DNA from: Cercozoa sp. M6MM
Taxonomy: Eukaryota; Protista; Endomyxa: Ascetosporea
DNA length: 64,000 nucleotides
Assembly (NCBI GenBank): GCA_040357565.1
Contig: JBDODJ010000022.1
Direction: 5' to 3' (one strand)
Within the stretch, counting starts at the first letter, position 1. Each line of letters begins with the position of its first letter. Shown here one piece after another: positions 1-12,604 of this stretch. The notes beneath the pieces were generated by a model. It had not been told where the DNA came from. It did no database searches and saw only the letters and a program-made list of their open reading frames with translations. Made by a program: the position numbers and the translations under genes.

Positions 1-3000
1 CCTACAGAACCACGCTGAAAGAAGTACGAAACTACGCATCCTACACCAAAACGTGAACACCTTCAACAAGGAAAAACAACAAGAACTATTGAGCAGCATA
101 TACTGCCTACAACCCGAAGAAAGGCCGGACATCGTATGCTTAAGTGAAACCAGACACAACAACCCACCGCAAAGACTAAACGAATACGCACTGGTCGCCT
201 CCATCGCGCCAAAACTATCCAAAGAAGACAACAAGACCGAGAAGGCACACTGATATACAGCAAACACAAAGCACTGCTACACATTGTTGGTGTCTGGAAC
301 CCAGAAACATCCTCGTACATCCACCTAAGAGTGGGACAACATAAGAGAACGAGATTCCATCTATGGTACGCTTACATCCACCCAACCGACAGAAACTGCA
401 AGGAACAAATGCAGCAACTGACAACTGACTTCAAGGAATTCCACAGCAGAACACAGGAGCCTGGTCTCATTCTTGGCGACCTCAATGCAAAGCACGCCAA
501 GTGGTGTGCACATACCAGAGATCAAGCTGGATACTCCCAGGAACACGTAGACAACGGTACAACGAGAATCACATCAGCGCGGGCGAACAAGCAAGGCATT
601 GCCCTACAAGAAGCAATAGCTGAAAATGACTGGGAGATACTCAACAAGTACACTCCAACCCACAGCTACAGAGTCCGAGGAGAGGCAGAGGCCAAGCCCA
701 GAACAACGATAGACCTCGCGATAGCTGACAGTGTCATCTCAGCACAATCTACAATATCGGTCTACGATCACCTGCACTTCCTATGCAGCGACCACCACGC
801 GGTTATGATCACAGTAGAACGAGCAGTGCGTAAACCAAAACACACCATACGGAGAAAGAACTACAAGAAGATAGATCTCCAAAAATACAAAGAACATGAA
901 TCGATTCGACTGCTATCACAAGAGAGAGATGTGGACAACATCGAGCAAATCAATGACACAGTCGAAGACATCACCAAAGCCATGCAGGAAGCCATAGAAG
1001 AGGCAACACCCACCAAAATAATCACCCAACACTCTTGCCTAGGCATATCGGTCGACTCGATAAAAATCAAGAGGAACACATATAGCACCATGAAACTCAT
1101 TAAGGAACTGAAAAACAAAAATGAAGATGCGTCTGAACTCGAAGCACTCCTCAAAAACATGAGAAAACAACTTAGACAAAGCCTTCGCATTGATAGACAA
1201 GAACTATGGCAGGAGAGAGTGGCCAGACTAAACGCACACACAACAATCGGGGAGACCACTCGACTACTGAGAAACATCAATGACAGAGAAACAAATGGCG
1301 CTACCAGAGCCTCAACAATTGAGGGTGCCTCAGAAGACAAAGCCATCGCAGAGATCTTCGCAGAACACTTACAAAAGAAAACCACACTAGACTGGTCCCA
1401 ATTTGCAATGAACAATGAAGTACTCGGAGAGAACAGATTTGCACAACAACACCAAGAGGTGTTACAACAGGCAGCACAACTGCAACAAGCACCAAAACTA
1501 TGGACAATGGACGAACTGGAAGCTGCAATCAACACTCTCCCGCCATTCAAGGCACCTGGCAGAGACAAAATCATGAACCACCACATCATACACCTACCAG
1601 ATGAGGCCAAACAACTGCTACTGAAGGTCTACAATGCCTGTCTCACACATGGGTACTTCCCGAAGGCATGGAAACATGCAACTATAGTGATGCTACCCAA
1701 GCCTGGCAAGGACTGTACAAAGGCAGCTTCCTACCGACCCATCTCGCTGCTGCCGTGCCTCGGCAAGCTACTGGACAAACTCATGAACGAGAGAGCATCC
1801 CAACAAATGAACACACAGTATGTATCCAAGTACCAATCTGGGTGGAAACAACACATGCCAACGCTAGACACACTGGCTTACATACAACAAGGCAGAAATG
1901 GCAAAGAGAGCAGGAGAGTACATGACAGTCATTAGTCTAGACATCAAAGGCTTCTTCGACAAGCTCCACAAAGAGGGCGCGATCATTGCCCTGTCCAAAC
2001 ATGTGAATGGCAAAGAACTGCTACTCATGGAGTCCTTCCTCTCAGACAGAACTATCTCGGTGAGAAGAAACGACACAGAATCAACAGACAAACAAGTCAA
2101 CGGCAGTACTCCCCAAGGAGCCATCTGCAGCCCTCTACTCGCAAAGACCTTCCTCGATGACATGCACATACAACTGCAAAGAACAGGAGAACACATGAAA
2201 CGACACCCCCGAAACTATAAAATTAAAGGAGCAGTAACCACTGCACACAGTGTTGGATACGCCGATGACTCATACGTCATAGTAAGGACAACAAAGAGAT
2301 CAGACATGCAGGAAGCGTGTAGGCGCCTCCTGGACACAGCCACCACCTGGGCAAAACGCAACGGCATGGAATTTGCACCCACAAAGACTCAGTTCATCCA
2401 ACTGGGAACGAAGACAATCAGAGACCTCAAAATCAGAATGAAAACACTGTCCCACGACAACGAGAGAGAAGACATCGGGCAAGTAGACAAAATGAGAATC
2501 TTAGGTCTCCTCATAGACAGAAACCTGTCGTACGAGGCACACGCAGAGCAACTACACCACAAAATCACTCGGAGGATCAACACACTGAAAAGACTGATTT
2601 ACACGAGGTCTGGACTCACACAATACCTAGCGGTACAGATCTACAAAGCATGGATACTGTCATGCGCTCGATACGGCATCGCGCTCTGGTGGCACAAAAT
2701 AGGCAGCACAAAATGGAGGAGAAAACTCGAAATAACACAACGCACCGCCCTGAGGATCTGCATGAGACTACCCACGAGCTCTCCCAACGAGGCAGTGTCC
2801 ACCATCACCGACACAGGAACAATCGGAGAGATGGCAGAACGAGCAGAAGCGACAGAACTAATCAATCACTACGCCAAAGAGAGCACATTGTATCTACAAA
2901 CTGACACCACACCAATTTCCGCTTGGAGAAGAGCAGCCACAAACCACAAGATCACCGACGCTGAACTGAGCGAAATGCCACAAAGAAGGAGAAAGATTCT

Positions 3001-4461
3001 CGGAAGGATCATCAAGACAGTGAACAGACCCAGAGAACACGAGACATGGTCAATACGGAAAACGGATGCTGAACACCACAAGCACAAGTGGCTCCAACTG
3101 ATACGTGACCTCTCGAACAGAGCAGAGTTACAACAAGTATACGCAACTGACGGCAGCCTTGCCGGAAGCGAAGCAGGCTACGGCTGGACATCAGGAAAAC
3201 CAGTCAATGGAAGGCTAAGATCTGGCAATTTCAAAATCACCAACGCGACTATCTATGACGCAGAAAGAGTTGCCATAATGCAATGCATCAAACACGCTAA
3301 AGAAAAAGGAGAAACCCGTATCGCACTCCTGATTGACAACAAAGGAACAATCTTGCACCTGACAACACCCCAAAAAACAGAGATGGATGTGCAACTGAAA
3401 GAACTAACAAAGGACATGCACATCACGGTACACTGGGTACCATCACACATCGACATTCACCTCAACGAAGGAGCAGACAAAGAAGCAAAGAAAGGAAGGA
3501 ACAGCCGCAACAGGAGAAACTGGATCAAAATAAACAAAGACCACAAGAAACTGAAAAAGCAGACCCGAAACAGCAAAAACAATAAACCGCAACGCCCTCT
3601 CAGAAGGACCAGAGTCAGAGCTCGACAGAAAACACACGTCAGAAATCCCTGGAAACATATCAGGAACTCAAACAAACTCCTCAAAATAGCCAAAGAGCGC
3701 AAACTCAGCATCGCAGACATCCGCACACTTTCAAGATTCCTCTGCAACAGACTTGGAAGCTTCAAGTACTACAACTATGCCCAAATACCGCGAAAGTGCA
3801 ATGAATGCAATGCCAGAGGCAGACTCAGGACTCCCAACTGCAAGGGATGCAAACAACGACTACAAAAACGGGAAGTAAGCGAGTGCCCCGACTGCGCGGG
3901 TACCTGGGAAAATGCAGAAGACACTCTCGACACGTACCACCGATTGCTGGAATGCAAGGTAACGGAAGCTATCAGAAACAACACCAATGCGGCCCAGTGG
4001 CGCACAATTGAAGACATACTGGCTAACCCTGAGAACCTAGCAACACTCAACAGAATGCACCAAGGCACCAAGATCTCCTGGGACGAGGAAGCAACTGTCG
4101 AAGGACAACTAGCCTCCCAGCAGGCACTGGACCGAGCGGTCCCCGACATAGACTAGGCCACCACTCACAGCAGTGGTGGCCCTAAGTCTATGTCCGTTTG
4201 TCTGTTTTGTTTAGGTATCGAGTGGAGAGACGGGAGGACGACGACGGGACGACCCGACGCGGCCTGCGACGCCTCTCTACTTGTAGCCCGCTACCTGCAC
4301 CAACCATGAAGTCGACTTCGGTGTCTGGGGAACGTCAAAAGGGGAGTTGTATGGTCCTACCCTAAGCGGGCGGTAGACACGGCCATGCTCTTGTGACCCA
4401 CCCCAGACTGGTGCAGGGGAACTACATAGTTGGTTTCCTAGAAGACTCAACTAACTAACTA
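1..4461 (+). mobile_element. Non-LTR retrotransposon (LINE, I-group/Ingi-like) with APE endonuclease, reverse transcriptase, RNase H and C-terminal Cys/His finger; 5' end lies outside the window
   Basis: APE motifs LRILHQNVN, DIVCLSET, GDLNAKH, TTIDLAI and SDH. RT motifs KAPGRD, WKHATIVMLPKPGK, YRPISLL, LDIKGFFD, TPQGAICSP and YADD. RNase H motifs YATDGS, AERVAI, IDNKG and HWVPSHIDIHLNEGADKEAK. CPDC...H...C at the C-terminus. The 3' UTR ends in caactaactaacta (~4448-4461). Confidence 0.95.
2..4156 (+). pseudogene. LINE pol ORF (APE-RT-RNaseH-CCHC) broken by two frameshifts (~240 and ~1891)
   Basis: Frame 2 (APE N-terminus) switches to frame 1 at EGTLIY (~241), then back to frame 2 at AEMAKRAGEYMTVISLD (~1892). 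The joined frames give one continuous pol ending at TAG 4154-4156. Confidence 0.85.
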
Positions 4462-4505
4462 GAGGAGGTCATTGCGTTGGCAAAACGAAAGGGTGCCGTG
4501 GTGGC

Positions 4506-6114
4506 TTACTCCTCGACGTGCGCCTCGAGATGCGGCATTTCGTCGTCAGCCTCGGCGTCAACGACTTGCTCACTAAAAAGTCATAGATACACTCATACAG
4601 GCAAAGGACAGAAGTAGGGAGCAACGGATACACTGCGGGCGTCTCGTTCTCTTCGCCCTCATCCTTCATGAGTTTCACGACGGCAATGAGATCGATACGC
4701 TCGGCAGCGGCGTCAAGTTCGAGCGTTTTGTCAACGCGCGCTTGCTCGTGCTCCTGCAGCGGCACCAGCGTGGCACGCAGTCGCTTCACGGCGGTTTCCG
4801 ACTGTTCGCTGTGATAGACCTGCACAAAATGGATGGCAGACCGAAGGATACACATGGAAGAGTGTATGTACCTTGGAGAGCTCGCGCATCACCTTGGTGG
4901 TCACCGTGTGCTGTCGTGGCTGCCAGTGCTGCAGGCACAGGGACAGAGAAGTGACACAATCAATCAGAGGATGAGGAAGGACACTACCAGACGAGGCTCG
5001 GTCTGAGTGATGCAGAACTCGGACAGTCGCAGGTGCTGCAGCTTGGCATCCACCTGGTCAAACACAGCAACACAGTATTTGTAAACCTCACACATACACA
5101 CAGACAGACAGGTGGTACAATCAGGAGTTCCGTGCGCTGCTTGTCGATCGCCTTGTCCATCACTGCCAACAACTGCAAACACCAGAGTTTGTACACGAGG
5201 GCATATGTGTACGAACGCGTATCCTTACCTTCTCAATGGCATCAAGCTGTTCGCGCAGTTCCTTTTCGCTTCTCTGGGACGCACAAAGGGTAAAACAAAA
5301 AGCACTCGACTAATCCAAATACAAAACTAGGTACCTTGGGTGCAACATCCGACACCAGTTTCTCCTGCAGTTTCGCCGTTGGCTTCTTCTCTGCACAAGA
5401 CAGAATGTACACTGCAACTGAAAGGACACCGAGACACGGGAACAAGGCGAAGCACTCAGCTGAGTCGTCACGATGCCAAAGGCGCGAGCGAACCTACAAA
5501 AAAAAAAGGATGTGTGTGTCTTCAAACTCAGCAGACATTCTGCAAAAGACAGAAGCGTCTGCTACAGTCTCGAACGAGTGGCACGCACGCGCTTCTTCGG
5601 TGGTTCCTGAGTCTGCTAGAATCAAAGCCAACGTGCAGTCAGACTGGAAACACAGACACAACACACCTCGTCGTTGTTCTCTTCATTTTCCTCTCGGGGT
5701 CGTTTTTCGCCTGCTTCAGCCTTCTCGGCCTCAGCCTTCTCTTCCTCTTCTGCGAAATCAATTCCAAAACCCTCTCAGAGAACAAGCACCCTTTCTAACA
5801 ACAGCCGCACGCACCCTTCTTCTTGGCCTCAGCTTCGGCGGCTTTCTTCTCGATCTCCTCGAGCTCGAACTTGGCGAGCTCTCCCTGCTCATCGGTTGAA
5901 ATCAAAATCTCTCAAAACACAAATGAAGGCACAGCAAACAGCAGGAAAGTCCATAACAAAAGAAATTCAGATTTATAATTTGCAAAAGAAATCAAAGACT
6001 CACAGCCGAGTAGAGGTGCAGACGGGCCTTGCGAAGTTTCATGAGCTCCTCCAGCACACTTTTGCGCTGAGTTACGAGCTCTTCAGTGGCACTCAGATCC
6101 GTCGTCGAAGTCAT
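4506..6114 (-). CDS. Multi-exon hypothetical protein with E/K-rich and helical segments
   Basis: Start MTSTTDLSATEELVTQRK. GT-AG flanked exons include GELAKFELEEIEKKAAEAEAKKK and VYHSEQSETAVKRLRATL. Last exon EQVVDAEADDEMPHLEAHVEE*. Confidence 0.6.
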
Positions 6115-6315
6115 TGTTGTAACTTTTGAGAGACTGGGTCACAAGCAAAAGGCTAAACCACTGCTTGATCTACACTACCGTATGTGAGCACCAACAAGTT
6201 CCCTGAGCTTTAGAGTGCCTTCCGGAGTGATGGGAAGCTTTAAATATTAAGTGAAAATCGCTGCTAGTGAGAAGCACTTATAACACAGTGACCCACTAAT
6301 TCGGACTCTATCTCT

Positions 6316-7667
6316 ATGCAGGAAGGCACAAACGACGGAGAGTACCTTTGTTTGGTGTTGGTATCTCAAGACTTAAATCCACGCAGAGGAACGAATTACT
6401 GTTGTTTGAAAGGACGTGAGCGCCGTCGCATGGCTCGAGCTGCAGCAGAAGGAGAAAAAGAACTGTGCGCTCGCTTTTGAGCAGATCCACACGGTAAAAA
6501 TTGCCATTCAAGTATTCTATGACTGGAGTGAAACTACGTGCGTATAGTTTCTCAATGCGTTTCTCCTATTCAACGAGGCCAATCGACTAAGCATTGTTTT
6601 GGGTGTCCTCAATCCTCAGTACTGAAGAGTATTAACGTTAGTGCACTAATTGTGTTGTGCTGTTCTTCAGGAAACGGACAAGTGGCGTTCGATGACGACA
6701 GCGACGGCGGCGATCAGGTCGCATGCGATGTCGAGTCAAGCGAACTGGCGTTCCTGCGGGGATCGGCGGTGCTTCGGGACGTCCTCGCTTCTGCTTTCGT
6801 AGTTTTCACTTCTGTTTCTTTCGACTGTGTGTGAATTTGACTCTTGCAGAAGCAGTCAGAGAAGTCGGACTTGAATCTGGGTGCGAGTATGTCACTGGCG
6901 CTGTGCCGACTTGCGCGTGTATGAAACTCTTGCTACCCAGATTGGATGAATTTTGAAACAAGCACCATGTTTTCTTTGACACAGGTAAGCAGGGAAACGC
7001 CTCGTCTGTCGCGCCGACTGTGTGTGCTGTGTGTCACGCCCGACCAGGACACTCGTACGTTATATCTTCCAGTTTTAGTCTTCTTAACCTTGCCATTGAC
7101 CCCGGTAGAGTACGTTTCGGTGATGAACGGGATCTTTGCGGCGCAGAAAGAGAGTGTGCCGGTTGATTCCTTGTGCATCGGCACGTCGAGTGACTTGTTG
7201 CAGCAGGTCTGTTCGTGTTGGCACGTGTGTGTGTGTGTGTGTATTGCTATTGACATTGAGTACACAGGCAGCTGCACTGACGGAAGGAGTGACCACGCAG
7301 ATCGATGGTATGGGCACGATGCTGCACACTCTGTTGAGTGTTTTTGTCAGTCCGGGCTCATTGCGGTCGCAGTTGCACGTGCCTAAAGTACCCCCCCCCC
7401 CCCCCCGCCCCCTGGTCTGTCATATGTCCATGTGTCCGGACAGCCAACGTCCGTGGATTTCCGTGCGCGCTGCTTCTGCCACCGCAAGCAAGTCGACATG
7501 GCACTTGTGTGTCCTGTGTGTCTCTCTGTCTTTTGCACGCGCCAAAAGGTACACTGGGACTGATGCAAAATTGCAATTTTTGAACGAAGAGATCAAGAGA
7601 TCAACCATCGCCCCCCCCCCCCCTGTAGAAATGCCCGACTTGTGGCTCAGTGCTACAACGGCGGTAA
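6316..7667 (+). CDS. GTF2H3: TFIIH subunit Tfb4/p34
   Basis: Spliced exons give LCLVLDVSAVAW, FLNAFLLFNEANRL, YVSVMNGIFAAQKESVPVDSL, LLQQ, and the zinc finger VDFRARCFCHRKQVDMALVCPVCLSVFC..KCPTCG. Confidence 0.92.
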
Positions 7668-8338
7668 ACCCTAACAGTTTTAACCGAACCACGCACTACG
7701 CACTCCTAGTAGTTTTAAAATAAGCGACAGTTTTTTTTTCGGTTACAAATACAGTATCGGTACAAATAAATATCGACAGAATCGAATAAAATCAACGGTC
7801 CTGGGTGGTTGTCTGTATCGATATCGCGTGGCAAAATTGTAGACTGACTGAAAGTGCCTGGGTAGCACCAGTTTGGCATCATCGAACCTTGGCTGCTGTT
7901 GAATCGAACCGTCAAGTTGAGCACAACCTCCAAGTTCACATATGTGACCAATGTGGCCATGCAGCGCCCGTCGACAAAAGTAACAAAAGCTGCCAACGTG
8001 CTCGTGCCGCTGCCATACAACGTGGGTTGCGGTCTAGTGTCATTTAGCGAAGATTGTGTGTTTTTGATCGGTCCGGTTTAATTGTGATCGTTTTTCGGCG
8101 CGTTTCGCGCGGGGCATCGTCTTGGGCATCTGGAGCATCCTGATGCTGGTAAACACTGAGCTTTACGAACCTTATCGAACAGTATCTTGACGCGAATCGC
8201 TTTGGCGAGTTTAGTTCTTTGTCAGGACTGTCTCACACGTGAAGTACGATCGTTTGCGAACGCGGACGGCTGAAGCTGACACAGAAGCGCGGCTGAGCAC
8301 AAAAGGCAGTATTATCAATCGCGTCGTTTGTGCTCGCA

Positions 8339-10387
8339 ATGACGACGACAACAACAGATAGCGAGCAAGGCCAAGCGGGACCCGGCTTGCCTGCCAGCGA
8401 CGCTAAGATGACCGACAGCGTGATCATACACATTGACGCCGACAAACTCGATGTCGACGAGACCTCCACCGAAAGCAGCGAGGAGGTTCCCGAACCACTC
8501 GTGTCGCCTTTGCTCTCAAGGTAAAATGCCGTTTGCTCCTGCCTCTTGTGCCTCTTGCGCCTCTTGATAACATGCAACTTGTTTCAGTCGAAGTGCGCAC
8601 TTTGGCAACTTTCGAAACACCGAGTCAAGTTTCAAGCCGAAGTCGCCCTCGCGGCTCAACTCGCCCTCCATGGTAATTTACAGTTTGATACTGGGTATGA
8701 TATTGGCGCCTTTGCTTTCACATGTGCATGCTGGGATGGTTTTCGTTTCTCGTGTAGATCTCAGAAGAACAGCGCACGTTTAAGCACCAACTCATGACCG
8801 ACATGCGCTACATGGGACGACGGTGGCGACTCATCCTCCTGTCTCTGATGTTCTGGTGGTATTGTCTCGCTTGAACCCTATTTTGCGATCTGATGATTTG
8901 CACGCCTCGATGTTGTGTGCAGGATCGCATCAATATTGCGCAACATTTCGAATCCACTCCACTTCAGTGCTCGGGTAAACTTCAAACTTGTTGAATTTGC
9001 CTTTGCTGCAGCTTTTTTTTTTACTGTTGTGTTCTTGCCAGAACGAATACGGACCAGGACTTGGCAGATTAAACGACTTGATGTTGGATTTCTTGCCCAC
9101 GTGGCGAGGTGCATCGGCACTGTCGGACGTGATGCAGTGGTCGGCGTGTCTCGCACTGCCGCTTGTGGTCATGCTGCGTGTGTACCGACCATCGAATCCT
9201 CATGCCTTTAACGGTATCACTATTGCAATCACCGCTTGCTGTTTGTGTGACTGTTTGTTGTTTGTGTCAGGTGATACTTCGCTGGGACAACTTGGCGTGG
9301 AGGCGCTGCTCGCAATTGGCGCACTTCAGGTGGTGCGCGGCACGATCTTCCTGTCAACCCAGTTGCCTGGCGCGGCAGAGCACTGCCTGCCTGGACAGAA
9401 GTCAGTCTTTGAGGTATTCATTGTCTCTCTGTATCGCATGCCTCGTTGTAGCTTAATTGATAAATCGGCACTGTGTAGTGGTCGGACTGGCCTGGAATTA
9501 TTTTCAACTTCGTCCACGAAAATTGTGGCGACCTCGTGTTTTCTGGACACACCATGACGGCCTTCCTGTACTTTTGACTCTGTGTATTTACCTACATGCG
9601 TACTTCTATACTGTATGTCACACTGTAGGTGTTCACTTCTGGCCTGGAGAGGAAGCAACTACAGTGCCAAAGTTTTCGCTTTCCTGTCGCTCACGCTGTC
9701 ATCCATGGTACCCCCCCCCCCCGTCATTCAAGTTAAAAGAAAGCTGTGCACTCTTCTTCCGCTGCTCAGATCATTTTCATCCTGCTGGCCGAAAACCACT
9801 ATACGATTGATGTCGTGGTGGCTATCTGGATCACGATTGGATACGTACCTTGGTTCTCAACTCTTTGACATACTTTTAAATGCTTCATTTGATTTAGTAC
9901 GCCGGCTTTGGCGACTGGGTGGCTGACAAGATTCGCCACCATCGTGGCTTGACTGTACTTTCATTTTTGACATTAGTTTAATATCGATACCTATGCGTGT
10001 GGTGTTTGTAGGATTCCACGGACAGACTACTAGCGTGCTCGCCCTTCCAGCAGCAGATGCGATCACGCCGTCAGCTCCAGCGCAAACAGAATCCTGTCAT
10101 TGCAATTGTATTGCTCCTTACTCTGCCCAAAGCCGTTTTGTTCGTTCTCACACTTGTGTGTGCCTAGGTGCCCTCCTTGAACCTGCCAAGTGATCGACTG
10201 TTTTCACACGCGCGCAGTTTACAGTCTATCGGTATTTATATTTCTTACTACACTATTGATTCCTCTGTTTATGTGTATCTGTATATTTTGCGGTCTTTGA
10301 GCAGAGCTGGCCAGCAAGGAGAATCAACTCAGCGTCGCCGACTCAAAGCGGCCAAGACGGCACTCCTTCGCCGGCGTGCTGACATGA
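8339..10387 (+). CDS. Inositol phosphorylceramide / sphingomyelin synthase family protein (PAP2_C)
   Basis: Motifs RGTIFLSTQLPGAAEHC, CGDLVFSGHT and ENHYTIDVVVAIW on GT-AG exons, with several hydrophobic segments. Confidence 0.9.
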
Positions 10388-10562
10388 ACTGAACTGACAG
10401 ACAGTCGTCGAGTGAACTGAAATTAAATTAAATCTAATCCCCCTTAACCTACCAAATTACGTTGCAATGGGTTGCAATTACATTGGAACTAAAACTCCAG
10501 TTCAAATTCGATGCAGGCCGCGCCGGCCGACGGAACTAAATCTTCCTGTCTACGAGAGCTAA

Positions 10563-12289
10563 CTAACATTGATTGAACCGGTGTCGAAAGAAACCGTCCG
10601 AATCGGAGTCGCTGCTGTCGGTGAGAGCAATGTCAACGACAGAGTCGTCGCTCTCGCTGCTGCTCTCCGAGACCGAGGGCAATTTGTCGAGAGACCACAA
10701 ATCCTCAGCGCTTGTGTTGTCAGCACTCCCCGAAGCGTACACGCTGCCTGTGTCAGTGTTAGTCTCAGTATCAGTCTCAGTGTCACTGTGATCGACAAAA
10801 CTGTTGGAATCGACTGCGTCAGTGGCCGTGAATTCGACGCCTTGGTTGTAGCAGTACAGAGGGTCCACGACAGGTCGTGTGACTGTTCCACTCATGGCAG
10901 CGATGCAATCGATCACGTGTGGCACATGCACGCGCCCGAGAAACCCTTGCACTGCACATGCAACTGCTTTTTGCACCAGCTGACGGTTGTATGTCACTGA
11001 GGGATTCACTCGCACGTGTGGTGACACTGTGTCTGTGTCGAGTGCGTGCATCATCGCCGGCATCCAATGACCACTGTGTTTTTGCGACACTTTTAAAAAG
11101 GGAATGCTCAATTTTCGGACATGGAGCACCTGCTCACGAATGCGTCGCTTTCCAATATGCTCACATCTTCCATTCGAATGCCCTGTCAGCAAATATGATA
11201 AGCGTGTCAAAAAGCAGAGCAATTTACAGCATCCTGCAGAAAGGCTAGAGGAGGCGGTGGACAGAACTGCGTCGCTGAGGATAGCAATGCATGTTGCACA
11301 GTTCGTGACAGTTGCGGTGTCAGGTGTCTTCGAAGCTACGACATAACATTCATCTTTCTGTGTTTAAACAGTTAACCTCACTATACCACACTTCGTCTTC
11401 GAAGCACTCGCGCAAGAGCATCAAGCACGAGATGGACTGCCTGGCGTCGGTTGTGACACCGAGAGAACTGAAGTAGTCGGCGCACGTGCTGACTCACCGT
11501 GGTAACCAAGTGGTCACTGATGTCGTCACCACTGCGATCAGTTAGCAGCACGTGCATTAATGCGAGTCGCCAGTGCTCATCTACTTTTGCTTCTTGCAGC
11601 CACTGCACAAGAATGTTTGGTGTGACAACACCATATGCAGAAAAAGGGAGGAGGGTTTCACACCTCAGCTTTGACTGGTGTCTTGAGCAATGTCACCAAC
11701 GCCACTTGATGAGCTCTGAAGAGACATGCTTTGCCTGAGGATTGGATCCGTGCAAAAAAGGGCAGGAAACTCACCTGCAGGTGAGTAAACCACAAGAACA
11801 ACTCTGGTCTAAGTGGAAACCACACAGTGATCTTGGTGTTGGCGCAACAGACGACCTTGCTGCTGATGAGGACGAATCAGTCTCCCAGTCTTCGTGCTAT
11901 GCATACCATGTTGCAACCAGTTTCTCAATGCGTCGATCATCAAGCCTCATAAGATAAAGTACCCATAAGGCTTTCCACTGCACGGGCCATTCGCAGATCT
12001 CACGTATTCTACAGCACCGAAAGGCAGAAACTCAACGAAACAAAACACCACCAGCCGTGCTGACTTGGAGAAACTGGTACCTGCGACGCTTGCGCCGATT
12101 CTGTTGGTCCTCACGGATGCGTCTGACGCGCAGAGAACGTTCTATTCGTTCGTAGTCAACGCGATCGTTGACCGCACTCGTCCGCCGGGACAGGTTGTTC
12201 ACGACCTGACAGCAAAAAATATAAAAAAAATACCGGTGCGTCAAACAGTCAACAGCAGCTGTCAAACTGAGGGTGCACCGTGTCATCAT
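10563..12289 (-). CDS. Multi-exon hypothetical protein with acidic S/D/T-rich C-terminus
   Basis: Chain of splice-flanked open exons (VNDRVDYERIERSLRV; WLQEAKVDEHWRLALMHVLL; QKAVACAVQGFLG...SDSDGFFRHRFNQC*). No recognisable family. Confidence 0.55.
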
Positions 12290-12604
12290 CACTAGAATAA
12301 TCGCTCTCGCAAAAGTCGTCTAACGACCGCGTCCGTGTGGCCAGACAATCCTCAGCGCCTAAAAGGCAACTGCCCTGCGCCCCAAAAAAATACAATCACG
12401 GAGTCACTTCAGGGGAAGCTACCTCAGCTAAACAAGTGTCCATTCAGTTTCTATTTCATAAATGAGAGTGATAAAGCGATTCTTCTGCCGTTTGAATTGC
12501 CTATTGCTGAAGTTGGGACTTTTATCTTCTTATATTAATTTATTCAGCGCTCCGGAAAATGCAATCAGGCAACTAGCTCCTAAGAGCGGTTTCAGTGCGT
12601 GCCC

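Noticed and set aside
7715-8230. ORFs of 60-100 aa between GTF2H3 and the IPC synthase
   Set aside because: No recognisable motifs or convincing start/splice structure, so they cannot be supported.
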